64,000 bases of DNA, taken from contig NC_135887.1 in the NCBI RefSeq assembly GCF_964194155.1, forward strand, positions 12,586,001 to 12,650,000. Direction: 5' to 3'. Source of the stretch: Cetorhinus maximus (Eukaryota). Made by a program: the position numbers and the translations under genes. Below are positions 27,001 through 39,265 of the stretch, piece by piece. The notes under the pieces are model-generated. The model made no database searches. It was not told the origin of the DNA and saw only the letters and a list, made by a program, of their open reading frames with translations. The stretch's first letter is position 1, and each line of letters begins with the position of its first letter.

Positions 27001-28495
27001 CAGAGTTGAACTGTTTGAAGCAATACAGATTTTGCTGCTCTGGCAGTGCTTCCCTTTCTGCTCCCTTCCCCCACAGGCTACTGTTGCCAATATTTGCTGC
27101 TTATCCCCTCCCACCACAGCCTCCTTTGAGATGTTGTCTCATTCCAAAGTAGAGTTACATGAGTGTTCTTATCTAAGTAGCCCTTACTGAGCCTCTAAGT
27201 CCACCTGAGGGGTGGGTTTTCAGAGTGACCTTGCTGAACCCAATCAGTCCTCGCTCAACATTTCCCACATGTGGATTTCCACAAGTGTAGGGTCAGGGGT
27301 GGGGAGGAATCTATGAACAGCAATCAGAGTGGAAATCTTGCCTGTTCCTTCACCCACCCTAAACTGGGGGTACTGATGCTATTTGTTACTCTTGCCACTG
27401 CCCAGGTAAAGGTCACTAGCTCTGTACAGACAGTGAATTAAATTTGGGAGCATTCTGGTTTGTGCACCTAAGCTACTCTGTAAACCCGCTGAGGTTGACC
27501 TTTTTTCTTGGTTAAAGCCTCCTTTTCTTCAGTTTGATCTGTTTTTTGGGAATGGTTTCATTTTTAAAAGGATTGGTGTAGCCCAGCCACTGAGCCTGGA
27601 TACATCTCTCCAGGTCATATGTACATCAATCAGGTCAGGTTGATTGGGTGAGGTACACAGCTTAATATTAATAAGAATTGGGAAATTTAAGGCGGAATTT
27701 CTTTAATTTTTTTCCCTCACCATTTGAGGAATATGGTTTGAAGTGGGTGATTGAAATGGTAAAACCTGTGGAAAAACCCTCCTTTGGGGCTGGCCTACTG
27801 CAGGGTGTTGGCATAAGAGGCCACACGTGTGTGCACACAGGGTTTCAAATGTCTGAGAATCTGGTCAAACAGTCTTTGGTTCTGACAAGGATGATTTGTT
27901 GATGCAATGAAACTATGGTATTCAGCTTTGAGTGCATTTTTGTTTTGTAATATTTATAAAAAGATGTCAAAAGTGTAAAGCAGCTGACACCTTTTAGGAG
28001 GAAGGCAAAGGAGATGGTTGAAGAGCCTAGTTGCATAATGTACATCTGTTAACTTGTCATGTTGGGGGTCAATGTTTATCTTAAATGTTGGGAATTCTGG
28101 CTTGTTTAAAGTAGCATAAAACCTGGATAATATTCCATCTAACCCAGGCAAAGCATTCCACAAAGTTGTGGGAGAGAGGATGGATAGCTGATTTGAGAGA
28201 AAAGTCACTAAGTAATAACTCTAATCTTTACAGAAGTGTGTATGTATATTTTGACTCGCTGAATTGTCTTGCCCAATTTTGTTCCTGTTTTTTAAACTAT
28301 TTGCTGTTGAACTTAGTGCAAAACCTTATTTTACAGTCATGGTTAATGGGTTGTTTTTCTGTGGTGTCAGTAACTGAAAGCAGTTAATAACATCAACCGA
28401 CAAAGGAAATATGAACAGGATCTCTTGACGACAGGTTTTCTTGTGCAATTGGTCAGGCAGTAACAAGATTTTTACATATTATATATTTATATATA

Positions 28496-28837
28496 CAGTA
28501 AACTTTGTTATCCAGCACTCTACCAACCAGAATTCTCTACTAACTGGAATTTCTGATGTTTCTCTAATATGATACATAACTTTGCTTCTGGTTGGTAAAG
28601 TGATCTGGAACCTGTACCTGTGTACTGTATTATTTTATACATTAATTTGTTTTAATGTACTGTTAGAGTAGAAGTGAAAAGAATACTGTTTTTTACTTCC
28701 CAAGTACTTGCATATTAGTTCATGCTACAAGTATTGCGCTGTATTCTATTGGTAAATGGAGCTCTCCATTAACCAGCATTTTTGATTAACTGGCACCACG
28801 CATTCCCCATACATGTCCGATAATAAAGATTTTACTG
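28496..28837. mobile_element. Tc1/mariner (pogo/Tigger-like) MITE
   Basis: TIRs CAGTAAAACTTTGTTATCC / ..GATAATAAAGATTTTACTG, with TA on both flanks. Confidence 0.75.
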
Positions 28838-28968
28838 TACATAGTTCCTAATATGTTTTTGTACTTGGTGTATTTTATTACTGCTTATCGAAAATAAATA
28901 CCATCAAAATCTTGAAGGATCTTTGGGAAATTGTCTTCTAACAGCCACCCAAAAAACACTGGGAAATA

Positions 28969-30126
28969 TGTTATGGGTCTGGGATTCTGTTTCTTGGGAA
29001 GATGTGTGTTTATCAGGATGTAACTGGTGAGACTACAGTAGAGTGAGGAGCTGGAATGTTACCACAAAGTGGGAGGTACAGTGATAGGGGGTGAAGTACT
29101 TGTTTCGGCCTGTGTCACCCGCGCATTCTTGGGGAGCAGAGGGTTTCCGTAGTTAATTCTCAGTCAGGATTGTTGACTGCCATCTCTTTAGTTTCTCTTG
29201 ATCTCCAAAAGTTATCCTTTAAATGTACAGTTAAGTGCAATGTAGAATCTGTAATTCGGTTTAAACATTTTGACTTTTTATTCCCTTTTTTGAAAGAGGG
29301 ATCTGCTTCCATTGCATGTACCAAGACCAAGGCAACAGTCCTCCCTCATCCAATACTACCAAAACCAGATTAGCTGGCTGCTTATCTCTTCTGTTTCTGG
29401 GATACTGCTAATACTGAACGACTGCCTACATAAGTCATTGTACTCCAAAAAGTGATTTTTTTTTTGAGTAGTTTGAGACATTTGGCCTTGATAAGGCACC
29501 ATGTAAGGTTACCATAAAACATGATGACTTTGTGCGTGAGGTCACTTGAGTATTTGGAGAAGTACAAACTGTTTCTCATGCTCTGTATTACCTTTCCAAA
29601 CTCCTGTGCCACTACACACCACATTTTCCAACTGATACTATTCTTGAAGGGAAAGAGAGGTTTATTAGGATATTTATAGGACAAACAATACAAATTATGA
29701 AATGATGCTGTACACAGATGGTATAGTACACAGGCACTTACTGTATTGTGCCATGGAGCCATACAATATGGGAGCATCTTCCTGATTCTGACTCTCGCTA
29801 AGACAATTGCTTGACCATAGGTCACCTATTGGTTAGCATGGACTGTGTATTTACCGTGAGCATTGGAGTATAAGATAGCTTTTGTAACTTGTTATCCTCA
29901 CAAATCTGTAAAGGTATGGGTGAAGGAGTATTGTAATATAGTTTATCTTTGCTTGTTTAATAAATATTTTATTCTTTTGTTAAAAGTTAATCATCTGATT
30001 CCTGAGGCTCTGTTCAGTAGCCACTCACCATGTTTATAAACAAAAGATAAAAGTTGGGATTTAACAAGCTGGGTTCCACCCTGGGATCTGACTTGTCCAG
30101 AAGTAATATCAGCTGGGATCATAACA
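28969..30126 (+). mobile_element. Probable solo LTR
   Basis: Begins TGTTATG and ends CATAACA (inverted termini), with an internal AATAAA near 29960. No TSD could be confirmed. Confidence 0.45.
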
Positions 30127-30469
30127 TGACATTAACCACACAGCCTTACACACACATTTCTGTTTAAGGGGGAGATGTACAATTTTCTGGCATCTTTGGC
30201 TTTCAATCACTCCCTGTCTGTGCCATCTTCCTCATCCCATTCGCAGCATTGAATGGTTGTAAGGAAGTCTTTACACATGCAGTATGTTAATGTGATGGAG
30301 AACTGCACCATTGGTGCTGTTACATTTTGATATGATATTCTAACCACCCTGACAAAGTGAATAGTAACAGAAACTGCAAGCAGTTGTGACAGCTTTTGTT
30401 GCAGTTATCTGTTTACTTTATATTCAAAAGTACTTGTGTAAATGAACTTTTTTGATTCTAGTTGGTGGA

Positions 30470-30780
30470 TACCAGGTGGATGCCTCCTCTTGTGGGAGGG
30501 ACTAGAACTAGGGGACACGGTTTAAGGGTGAGAGGTCTCAGTTTTAAGATGGAAATGAGGATTTGTTTCTCTGTGGGTCATTAGTCTGTGGAATTTACTT
30601 CCTTAGGAAGAAGTGGAGGCTGGGTCGTACAATATTTTTAAGGCTGAGTTTGAACAAGAGAGTCGAGGGTTATGGGGGTAGACAGGAAGGTGGAGTTGAG
30701 ACCACAGCAAGATTAGCTATGATCTTATCAAATGGCTGAACAGGGTCGAATGGCCTACTCCTAAGTCCTATGTTCCTAGT
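30470..30780 (+). mobile_element. CR1 3' fragment
   Basis: ctagaactaggggacacggtttaag...tggcctactcctaagtcctatgttcct, a typical CR1 3' end. Confidence 0.7.
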
Positions 30781-32019
30781 TTTTTCTGTTTTTCTTCTCT
30801 CCCTTCCTCCTTTTCCTCTGCACTGCCCTGGCCACCAAACCAAATGAAAGGCTTGAACTCATGCTGGAAGTACTTAAATGGATGTTGTTTACCCAGGTAG
30901 TCACTTTTCAAGTTGGCACTGGATTAATGTATGATGGCAGGCTACTGGATGGCATCACATGAGCCCCATTCTCTGATATACGTTATGCATATGTTCTGTT
31001 TTTCTCTAACTTGGATCATTTAACGGGTTTCACAGAGAGGGATCAAGAGCAGAAACTTTGGCTGACAATCATGTCTGGTGGTCCAAAGGATGGTGAGATC
31101 AAACCCCATTTCTTGTTTGAAGGGGGGTGGTGTGGGTGGGAAGATTTCCCCTGCCTCCAGTTGTTTAATTACTGACATTTGGAAACAGTCAGCAGCAAAG
31201 TGGCTTCCATGGGTCCCTGTGGAGCTGGTTTGACAGCTCTGCAGCTAGTTAAATACTGGAGCTTAGTAATTAAGTGGAATTCGAGGATAGTTGTGTTTTT
31301 TCTTGTCTTGAGAAACTGCTTTCGAATTAAAGATAATTGTGTATTGTCAGTCAGTGAATGCAGAGGAGATGGCTGGAAAGTTACATAGACTGGCAATTGT
31401 CTAGTGCATTCTCTTCACAGCTAAGACAGTCTTTACAAGATAACCTGCGTTGTGTAATTGGTTACGGTTGAATATAATATAATGTTTCTACAGCCTGTGA
31501 AAATTAGAATGGTTAAAAATGAGTTTCTGGCGTTAATGCTCAATCTCCTTCAAAACAAGAAAATGGCAGGCATGGAAAGTGGAACAAGGAGAGGCTGTTT
31601 GGCACATCAGACCTGCTGTTTTGATCAGCATAATCTGCCTATTGTAAACTTGATACACTTATTTAATTACCTTTCAGTTATTCCCAAGCTCTTGGAAATT
31701 TTGGGTTGAATACTTAGTACAAAAATAGAAGGGAAAGGGTGTTTATTCAGTAAACACGGGAAACTGAAAACTCCATAAATGCACATTACTACTTTTATGG
31801 ATGTCTCAAAAGGCAAGACTGTCTATACCCAGAAAAAGCCTGCTACCCCAAACAGATTCAAGCCCTTGCCCAACAGTTTTCCTGTTCTTCCCAAGCTTCA
31901 CTTGCCCTCCATATACCTTTGGTGTTTGAAAACTTTGTCTCCAGCTTGTAAACATTTTACACTGCATTACTGGTGGAAAAAGTCTACTCCCTGACTTGTG
32001 GGTTTAAATCATTCAGTCA

Positions 32020-32420
32020 TGGCTCTGTTGGTTGCACACTCACTTCCTGTGTCAGATGGTTGTGGGTTCAAGTCCCATTCCAGTGACTTGAGCACCAAAA
32101 TCAAGGCTGACACTCCAGTTTAGTACTGAGGGGATGCTGCACTGTTGGAAGTGCTGTCTTTTGGATAAGATGTTAAAATCGAGGCCGAATCTGCCCTCTG
32201 GTGATAAAAGATCCCATGGCACTATTTCCAAGTCGAGCAGAGGAGTTCTCCCCAGTTTGCTGACCAGTATTTATCCCTCCATCAACGGCGCAAAAACAGA
32301 TTATCTGGTCATTATTACAGTTTGCTGTGTGCAAATTGGCCTACATTACAACAGTGACTACATTTCAAAAATGCTTAACCGGCTGTAAAGGGTTTTGGAA
32401 GGTCCTCAGATTGTGAGGTG
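32020..32420 (+). mobile_element. DeuSINE/SacSINE1-like SINE
   Basis: B-box gggttcaagtccc; Deu-like core gatgttaaaatcgagg...aaaagatcccatggcactatt; L2-like tail. Confidence 0.7.
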
Positions 32421-32431
32421 ATGATGCGATT

Positions 32432-32715
32432 GGGGGGTGGTGGCATAGTGGTATTATCACTGGACTAGTAATCCAGAGAACCAGGATAATGCTCTGCGGC
32501 CCCGGATTCGAATCCCACCACGGCAGATGGTGAAATTTGAGTTCAATAAAAATCTGAAATTAAAAATCTGACTACAAAACCATTGGCCGATTGCTGTCAA
32601 AACCCATCTGGTTCACTGGAAATCTGGCCTACATGGGACTCCAGACAGGAATGTGGTTGACTCTTAAATGCCCTCTGAACGAGGGCAATTAGGGTGCTCA
32701 TGCTGGCCTAGCATA
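32432..32715 (+). mobile_element. tRNA-derived SINE whose tail matches the CR1 LINE at 56147-58241
   Basis: A-box tggcatagtgg, B-box ggattcgaatccc; tail gggcaattaggg...atgctggcctagc shared with 58168-58204. Confidence 0.7.
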
Positions 32716-34003
32716 TAAGGAATATAAGTCTTTTTTTTTCCCTTCTGTCACTTTGGGAGGAACACTTTTTCACCTGGTGAGCTCCTCGTCCAGCAGAACA
32801 GAACCCGGCCAGGTACATTTACAGCCCTGTGCTGTCTCTGGGGCCCGTGTTAAGGGCAATCTAAACAAGATGAAGCGTAACAAGCCCTGGACCATACTTA
32901 GTGAGATCCCAGTATATTAGTGCTAGTACTGTTCATCTGGTGCTTGACCCCTCTTTCTCATTAAGAACACATAGTATGACGTTAACTCCCAATAAAGCTA
33001 ACCGTGGTTGAAATAGGTTTTGTCTGCTTAATATCCAAAGAATTTAAAGGGGAATGAAAGGAGTTCATTGTCCAGATTTAGCCATGTTGGACACTCTTGG
33101 GCTAATGTTTCTGCAAAATTTATCTGTATCCCAAGACAGGTTTTATTCAACTGTCAGTCAATACTTAAATTTCTGTTTGTAAAACCTGGCCAACTACTTG
33201 TCACTGTCCTGATGGAAGGCTGTTGACCTGAAACTTTAACTCTGTTTCCCTCCACAGCTACCACCTGACCTGCTGAGTGCTGGAAAACTGAAAATCGAAC
33301 ATTGGTATTTTGTTCCCTAACTTTTTGCTGATGCGGTTTACATGGTCACAGCAGCATTTGGTCACCCCTGGCTATTGCTATCTCACTTTCTGTCCTGAGA
33401 CTTTTAAATTATCCTACTATTATTGGGATTCTGTTCCATGTCAGAATATCTTATTGGTGCAGGACAGTAGGATATTGTAAGCATTTAAAACGCAGTTGAC
33501 TGCTATGTTGGTTCAGCTGTGGGACTATAGAGCTGAGCTTTGTTGACTGGACCTTACTCCTCTTTGCTATTAATCGGTAATGTGTTGTCCATTTAGAAGA
33601 CTGGTCATGTTGACTGGTCGCACTGTTCCTCTTCCTTGATAAAGGCAAGATTCACAAGTATGCTTCTATTCTCAACACTGAAACAGCTAATTATGTTTTG
33701 ATGTGTCTTGTGACCTGGCTGGAAAAGAATACTATTTGCTTCTGCAGTGAGGTGCTTGATCAAAAAGGCAGCTCTTCCACTGATTTACGGCACTACCTTG
33801 TACTTTAAATCAGGAATTGAGGTTCAGTGAACTTGAGATCCACCCCCCCTCTCTTGAATTGGAGTTTGCTGCTTTTCAGATACATTAAAGTAATTAGTTT
33901 GACTGAAACCAGCTCTTAGGATTGCCTCTGGAGCTGTGGGTCAGGAGACTGCATTGTCCACATTTAACTCTTACTAGATCTTTGTTCTTTTTTTCTGTTG
34001 CAG

Positions 34004-34113
34004 GACAATCTGATTACTTCCCCTTTCCTAATCACAGGATTTGGGCCAAGACTGCATCCGTTATCATTTGGAGAAGGAGTTGAAGTGGACCCTTTGCCAC
34101 CAAAGGAGATTAG
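34004..34113 (+). CDS. RFLNB: Refilin B, coding exon 2 (not in the ORF track)
   Basis: Polypyrimidine tract plus cag|, then DNLITSPFLITGFGPRLHPLSFGEGVEVDPLPPKEI, then ag|gtaaat. PLSFGEGVE.DPLPPKE is the RFLNB-type motif rather than RFLNA. Confidence 0.93.
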
Positions 34114-35278
34114 GTAAATCATGCAAGGCCTCTGCTGGAGCTGCAGGGTGTTTTTTTTAGTCTTTCTCAGTGTTGAAATGGGAGAGGTTTTGTAATTAAG
34201 GAATAAATTGTTTACCCCTCACCTCGCTGCTTTATAAAAAAGTCCATGTTAGGGTATTATGGGTTGATAAACCAAATAGGCCTGGTAACTTAACTCAAAC
34301 AAATTGTGTATCCCATTTCTGCACTATACCCAACATTACAAATTCTGGTGTCTCACTCCCAAAAGTAAATCCTGCGTCCCTTACAACCAGGACTTCATCG
34401 CTTGGTATCTTGTAATAAAATGTCATGCTGTACCTGTTACAGGGCTAAATGTAACTCTCCTAAATAGAATTTATTCTGGCTCTGGTTTGCTCTATTTTAA
34501 AAGGAGTAATGATTCTCGTGTTATGTTTCCCTTATCTGGTATTATGCAACTGACTCTTAGATCATGTGATCCCTCTTTTGTTCCTTAATTGGTCAGTCAG
34601 CCAGCAGCTTGACCTCTAACCCTCTCCTTCTCTGGGGGTTGGCCAGATAGGGCTGATAAATTGGCTGCTGCATCCTCCCCAAGTGTGAGCTCCCTTTAGA
34701 CTAATCACTCCTGAACATGTGGATGGGGCATTCCAATATTTAATGGGATTATTTACTGGGACGTTTTTAATTCTCGTTGTCCTTCAATGGATAGGTGCTT
34801 TTTCTGAATCCTAATCTTTTTTAGCACCATTGTTCAGGGAACAAGTGTTAACTGGAAAGTCAAATTCTGATATAAATCATACCAAGATCTTTCTGTGACA
34901 AAATGGTCAGAAACCCCAAACATGACACTTGCGAAAAATGTGGTTGATTCTTAACAGCCCTCCCTGTAAGTGGCCTTGCAAGTTGTTATAAGCTGCCACA
35001 AATGGATTTTTATCTGTTTATTCACCCAATTTTAGATAGTCTTGCCATTTGTGAGCCAGTGCATTGAAATATTTTCCCATTAAAAGATCCTTGGACAACT
35101 TGTGTCATAAATGGTAGGGAATGGATTTGGTTGCCCAGTGCTCGAGCTCCCAGGCAGGAACAGCCTAGCCACTTCCTCTGGGCTATAGTCCAGTTTGAGA
35201 GTCTTATGTCTTGACACACCATCTTGTAAAGGAATGAGCATTTTTGAATAAAAAGCCCCTTGTTCTGTGTGCTCCCAG

Positions 35279-35612
35279 GTACACCTCCTCTGTGAAATAT
35301 GATTCAGACCGGCACTACGTCAACAACGTGTTCCTGCAACACACCCTGGGCGTCGACTCTTGCAGCCAGACGGTCATCTGCGTTCCCAACTGCACATGGC
35401 GGAATTACAAGACGGAGTTGAAGTTTGAGCCGCAACACAAACCGCGACGATTCCGCAGCACTATCATTGTGTACCCGAAGTACGCAAAGACAGTCTATAC
35501 AACAACTGTGGATTACAACTGCAGAAAAGCAGCACGGAAATATTTGTCCAGTGTGGAACTTGAAGCCACAGATTACAATAGCAGTGAAATGGCGCTCCCA
35601 GATGGCCAGTGA
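35279..35612 (+). CDS. RFLNB: Refilin B, coding exon 3 (to the stop codon)
   Basis: cccag|G then YTSSVKYDSDRH...CSQTVICVPNCTWRNYK...YPKY..TVYTTTVDYNCRK...LSSVELEA. Phases fit; total CDS is 660 bp (219 aa). Confidence 0.95.
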
Positions 35613-38600
35613 CTTAAAATATCAAATACTGCCTGCTTTTTTTTTTCTTTCAAAGAGGATTTTGTTTTGAATCCAGTCATTCTTTAGACTGTCCAAAATT
35701 GCTTCTAAACCGTGGTGGCTTTTGAACTTCTTACTGCATTTCTTTTGCTCCTTGCAACATAGTCTACGTCGTGTTTCTCTTTTAATCACACAATAAAGTT
35801 TAGGAATTTCCTTAGTGATTTTATTGCCATTAACATGTATAAGGCAGGAATAGATTAAGGAAGCAAAACACAAGAAACCAGTTGTGATTTTAATTGTTTT
35901 AACATGCACGGACTGGAGATGAGTGCCAAGGCGCAAGATATCAGTCTGTCACCCATCCACTGGGAGCCCGAGTTTCAGTCCATGTTGGAATGGATGGACG
36001 CATTATTCCTGAAGCTTGGGTACTGTGTCGGGAAGGACACGAGGAGTAAGTTGCCAATCTTGGCTGCGCCTGGCCGTGACCAGCCTACACTGAGACTGGG
36101 GATGGGTGCAGCTGAATGCCTTGTTTTCAGTTTGGGTATGGGTCTGGGGTGGCAGGGCAAAAGGCTCAAAACATGACTGAGGAAATCCTACTGCATGCAT
36201 CAATTTTTTTTCTAATACATGGAAATATTTCCTGTGCATTTAATACATGTGTAAATAATGGTGAAACTGCTGTGTTTGAAACACAGTAATTCATTTGAAG
36301 TACAGTTAGCAGTGGGGAGTTAGAAATAGGTAAACCTGAGGTTTTAGTATCCTTCATGATGAACCGAACAATCGCAGTTAGTTTTGATGTGGGGTTTCGT
36401 AACATTTTCCCTACCTTGCGTCATACTTGAGTAAGAGCAAGAATGTGATGTACGCATATAGCATGACCTACTTGCAGAAATATTACTGTAGGCCTCAGCT
36501 CTGAATGAAGAATAATTCCATTAAAGCCCTACTGAAATAGTGTAGTGGGGCTTAATTTTCAAATGTGCTACTTGCCTGGTAGTAGGTAACATTACCCCAC
36601 ATTTGCTTATGTTGAAAACAATTCCATTTTACCCTTACTGCAAGTTTTCCTTAGGAAAACACCATCAGTTTTCACTAAAGCCAGTTCTTTACAGGTGTGA
36701 AAACTGCATGTGTTGTATGGCACAAGGAGCTATTCACCTGACATAACTGAGAGGACTAATCAGATGGGTGCAGATGAGGAAGGCCAGCACTCCCCTTCTA
36801 TCCCCATCAAGGCATCCGGCTGTTCCTTGAATGAGTCTTGCCTGCACCGTTCGTGGATTGATCACTGTTTTGTGAACAACTCCCTGACCTAGTTTACCTT
36901 TCCCACTATCAAGCACTGTTCTCATGTCCTCGTTTTGTGGTTCATTCTCATTGTGTATAAAAATGAATCAAATGATGCTCAATTTTGTAGAGTAAACCAT
37001 CTGTTACAACGTACTGTGAAACCGTGCAGTTTTAAAAGAAAACAGGAATTAATTTGGGTGATTGGTCAGAAGTTGCTCTTGGTGAGGATGTAATCAATTA
37101 TTACTGATTTTTAACATGGAATCTACAAATCTGATGACATTAGCAGCTCTGGAATGAGTGTGGCAAATTGTGCAAGATTGTGCATGAGGGCTTGTTTTGG
37201 ATCTGATGGTGGGTAGGATGGACTGCTCCTTTAAGATGCATTGAGGGAAAAGCAAGTTAAAATGACCTCAAGCTGTACCAGCTACAGTTGCATGATACAA
37301 TATTTGCCACATTTCACAGCCAGCTTCTTTGAGGGTTGCAGCAGGGAAGGAGGGTTGACAGGGACGATTCAGCCACTTTAAAACTCTTCAAGCACTTGTA
37401 ATATTTGGAAGGATACCAGTGAGATTGCTTCCTAATTTTTTCTCTTGTTTTGAGGGGTTAAAAAGACCAAAGGAGGAAGATTTCTCTTACTTACGCACTT
37501 GTTTAGAATGTGGTTCAACAAATATTTGCACAAATACCCCAGCTCAGCCCAAGCAGTTTTGAAAGAAATACTGTAGAGGTCTTGCATCCATTTTTATATG
37601 TAGCTGGCTCAATAAATTTGGAATATTTTAATTTTTTTGAATCTAGTTGTGTGATTATTAAGGTTACTCCATTTAGAAGATTGCCTGAAGCCATTGATTT
37701 TGGGCCTTCATGCTTTAAAAAAAGCAACTTTTTCAGGATTCTGGATGTAGTTGAACTTGATATTGCTTCAAGCTGGCATTGAAAAAGGGAATTTAACCCA
37801 GCTGAACAACATGTGTTAAGATGCACAGAGTGTAACCAACTGCAAGCGTTTCAAGTTTGCACGCACACTTGACAAATCTGGTGTTGCATTCTGAATACCT
37901 GACACCTGACTAGGCTTTGCAGCAATGATTTAAGTGGGTGGGGGAAGACAAGCATCTTCATGAAATGTGACACTTGTCCTGAAATAGTTCAGATAATCTG
38001 TGAAACAGATTGGCTCTGCTGATGTATGCTTGGTAATTGAAATTGACTGACTACATTGCTCGCTCCAGTCTTAAAAGGGCATGGCTATTTGACTCTGAAT
38101 ACAGTAGTGTCTCTTCCACATTCAAAATTGGGAACGGATATTGTTTTATGGATAAACCAATATTTTAGCATTAAAACTGGGAAAAAGTTTGAATTGGATT
38201 TTGGAGTAGTGGAAGTCCACACTATCTCTAGACCAGCATGACAAGGAAGTTCCCCAAGGTTTGTACTCAAACCCCAGTGTAAATTGGTACGTGTACATGG
38301 GCTACAAATGTTTTGTCACATCCTCTTATCAATGGAAGCCAAATTATTCTGGAGTTCCTCAAAGCTAGTATATATAATGGAATAGATATAAGTGAACTCC
38401 ATTGTATAAAGAAATGCCTCTAAATTCCATTCAAAAATGTTTCTTGACTACTGAATCTACTTTTTAGAATCGAGTAATTGTTTGGGATTTTATGCTAAAT
38501 GTATAGGTCATAATATGTTGGGTAATGGAAATACCATTTCACAATCTGTACCTAATGACTGTCAAACATTTTCCAATCCATTGTAGCAAGAGTGGTTGCA

Positions 38601-38929
38601 GGGTGAAAACCCACCAATATGTCTCAACTCTTTTATTAGGAGAACACTCCCTAATGCACATCAGTGTGCAATTTCCTTTGCCCAACTCCACCATCTATAG
38701 GCCTCTGAGTAAGATTTTCAAATTAGAGCAGTGTTATATTTGGCAGTTTTATGTCATAAAACTGTCTGGACTTTGATCTCCCTGCTGCAAAGGGTCCAAA
38801 GTGAACTTTCCTTTCAGTCAGTCTAGTAGATTCTGGCTCAGGCCCACATAGGAGAGGACATGATGGCAACCTTGCAGCACTGTTCATTTCAAGTTGTATC
38901 TATAAAATTGCTTATTTGTGTTGCAGCAG

Positions 38930-39265
38930 ATTTTGATGGAGGTGTAAAGGGTGATGATGGGTTTGGATCAGGTAGAAAAGCTTTTCCCATTAGCTGATGG
39001 TACAAGGGTGAGAGGACACAGATTTAGGTTTTGGGCAAAAGATGCAGGGGGGAATGTGAGGGAGAACTTTTTTTTATATGGTTGAGTGTTAATGATTTTG
39101 AATTTTTGAGGGTAGTGGAAACGGAGGTAATCGATGATTTCCAAAGGAAATCGGGTGGGCATTTGAGGGAAATAAACTTGCACAGCTACGTGGTGAGATA
39201 GTTGGACTGACTGGACTGCTCCAGAGAGCAGGCATGGACTCTGGGCCGAATGGCCTTCTGCTCTG
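38930..39265 (+). mobile_element. CR1 3' fragment, probably within the RFLNB 3' UTR region
   Basis: cttttcccattagctgatgg...ggactctgggccgaatggccttctgctctg. Confidence 0.65.

Noticed and set aside
32432-32525. tRNA genes at sites with A/B boxes (also 14565, 32020, 53570, 55085)
   Set aside because: There is no proper cloverleaf, and each runs on into a SINE body.
17735-35612. Assignment as RFLNA
   Set aside because: The PLSFGEGVE.DPLPPKE.RYTS.VKYDS and YTTT.DYNCRK motifs, plus adjacency to LIAT1, indicate RFLNB.
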